A DNA stretch of 64,000 nt from a virus (taxonomy: Duplodnaviria; Caudoviricetes). The notes beneath the pieces were generated by a model. That model was not told where the DNA came from, ran no database searches, and saw nothing but the letters and a program-made list of their open reading frames with translations. A program made the position numbers and the translations under genes. The stretch lies in IMG/VR virus record IMGVR_UViG_3300010234_000007, positions 1 through 64,000 of that record, one strand, 5' to 3'. Shown one piece after another: positions 63,786-64,000 of this stretch (positions within the stretch are counted from its first letter, which is position 1; every line of letters starts with the position of its first letter).

Positions 63786-64000
63786 TTTTGCTCGCTTCTT
63801 TTGCCACTTCCATTTGTCCTTTGATGCGCATGGCTTCTCGGACAATCTCGACACCTGCACGCGCGTCGTCTGCCGTTTCTTTGGCAGTCAGTTGGCGGGC
63901 AGACTCGTCTGCGCCCATCGCACTGTCGAACAGTCGCTGGCCCATCTCCACTTGGAACTGAGCGTTGTCCTGCTGCAACCGTGCCATGGCCTCTTCATGG
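63736..64000 (-). CDS. C-terminal part of probable portal protein (runs off window)
   Basis: Frame open to window edge; helical tail; assignment from synteny only. Confidence 0.55.
   Translation of the reverse strand, partial: HEEAMARLQQDNAQFQVEMGQRLFDSAMGADESARQLTAKETADDARAGVEIVREAMRIKGQMEVAKEASKNGNTSGSKEGNPQSAE

Noticed and set aside
1-64000. Stop-codon reassignment, DGR, integrase, intron or intein
   Set aside because: Core genes are intact in the standard code; no reverse transcriptase, recombinase or splice motifs recognised.

Overview
A 64-kb segment of a tailed dsDNA phage genome. Short-tailed (podovirus-like) architecture is inferred from portal, GroES, scaffold, major capsid, adaptor, nozzle and ejection proteins, with no tape-measure or tail-tube gene seen. 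An i-spanin/o-spanin pair points to a Gram-negative host. Layout: (i) 1-4.2 kb, minus strand: terS flanked by two arrays of tightly coupled 51-66 aa mini-ORFs sharing a hairpin-like 'h-x-h-x-x-x-G-x-L' motif, plus a G-rich pac-like region. (ii) 4.9-13.9 kb, plus strand: a long structured leader, small early genes and a MoxR-AAA / DUF3150-like / peptidase-VWA triad. (iii) 13.8-25.6 kb: replication and recombination genes (primase-helicase, RusA, PD-(D/E)XK exonuclease, ERF, SSB, Nmad5-like). (iv) 25.5-64 kb, minus strand: late region with spanins, metallophosphoesterase, a 3235-aa polyvalent virion protein, ejection proteins, GH108 endolysin, tail fibres and head genes, interrupted by moron-like cassettes with their own sigma70 promoters. 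Most striking: (a) two copies, 38 kb apart, of an unnamed tRNA-shaped RNA starting at the predicted +1 of sigma70 promoters, with compensatory base changes; (b) the diversified mini-protein family it leads (about 20 members); (c) an apparent out-of-frame gene nested in the giant virion gene. All family assignments come from motif recognition by eye; no searches were run. No CRISPR array, canonical tRNA, integrase, reverse transcriptase or DNA polymerase was found.
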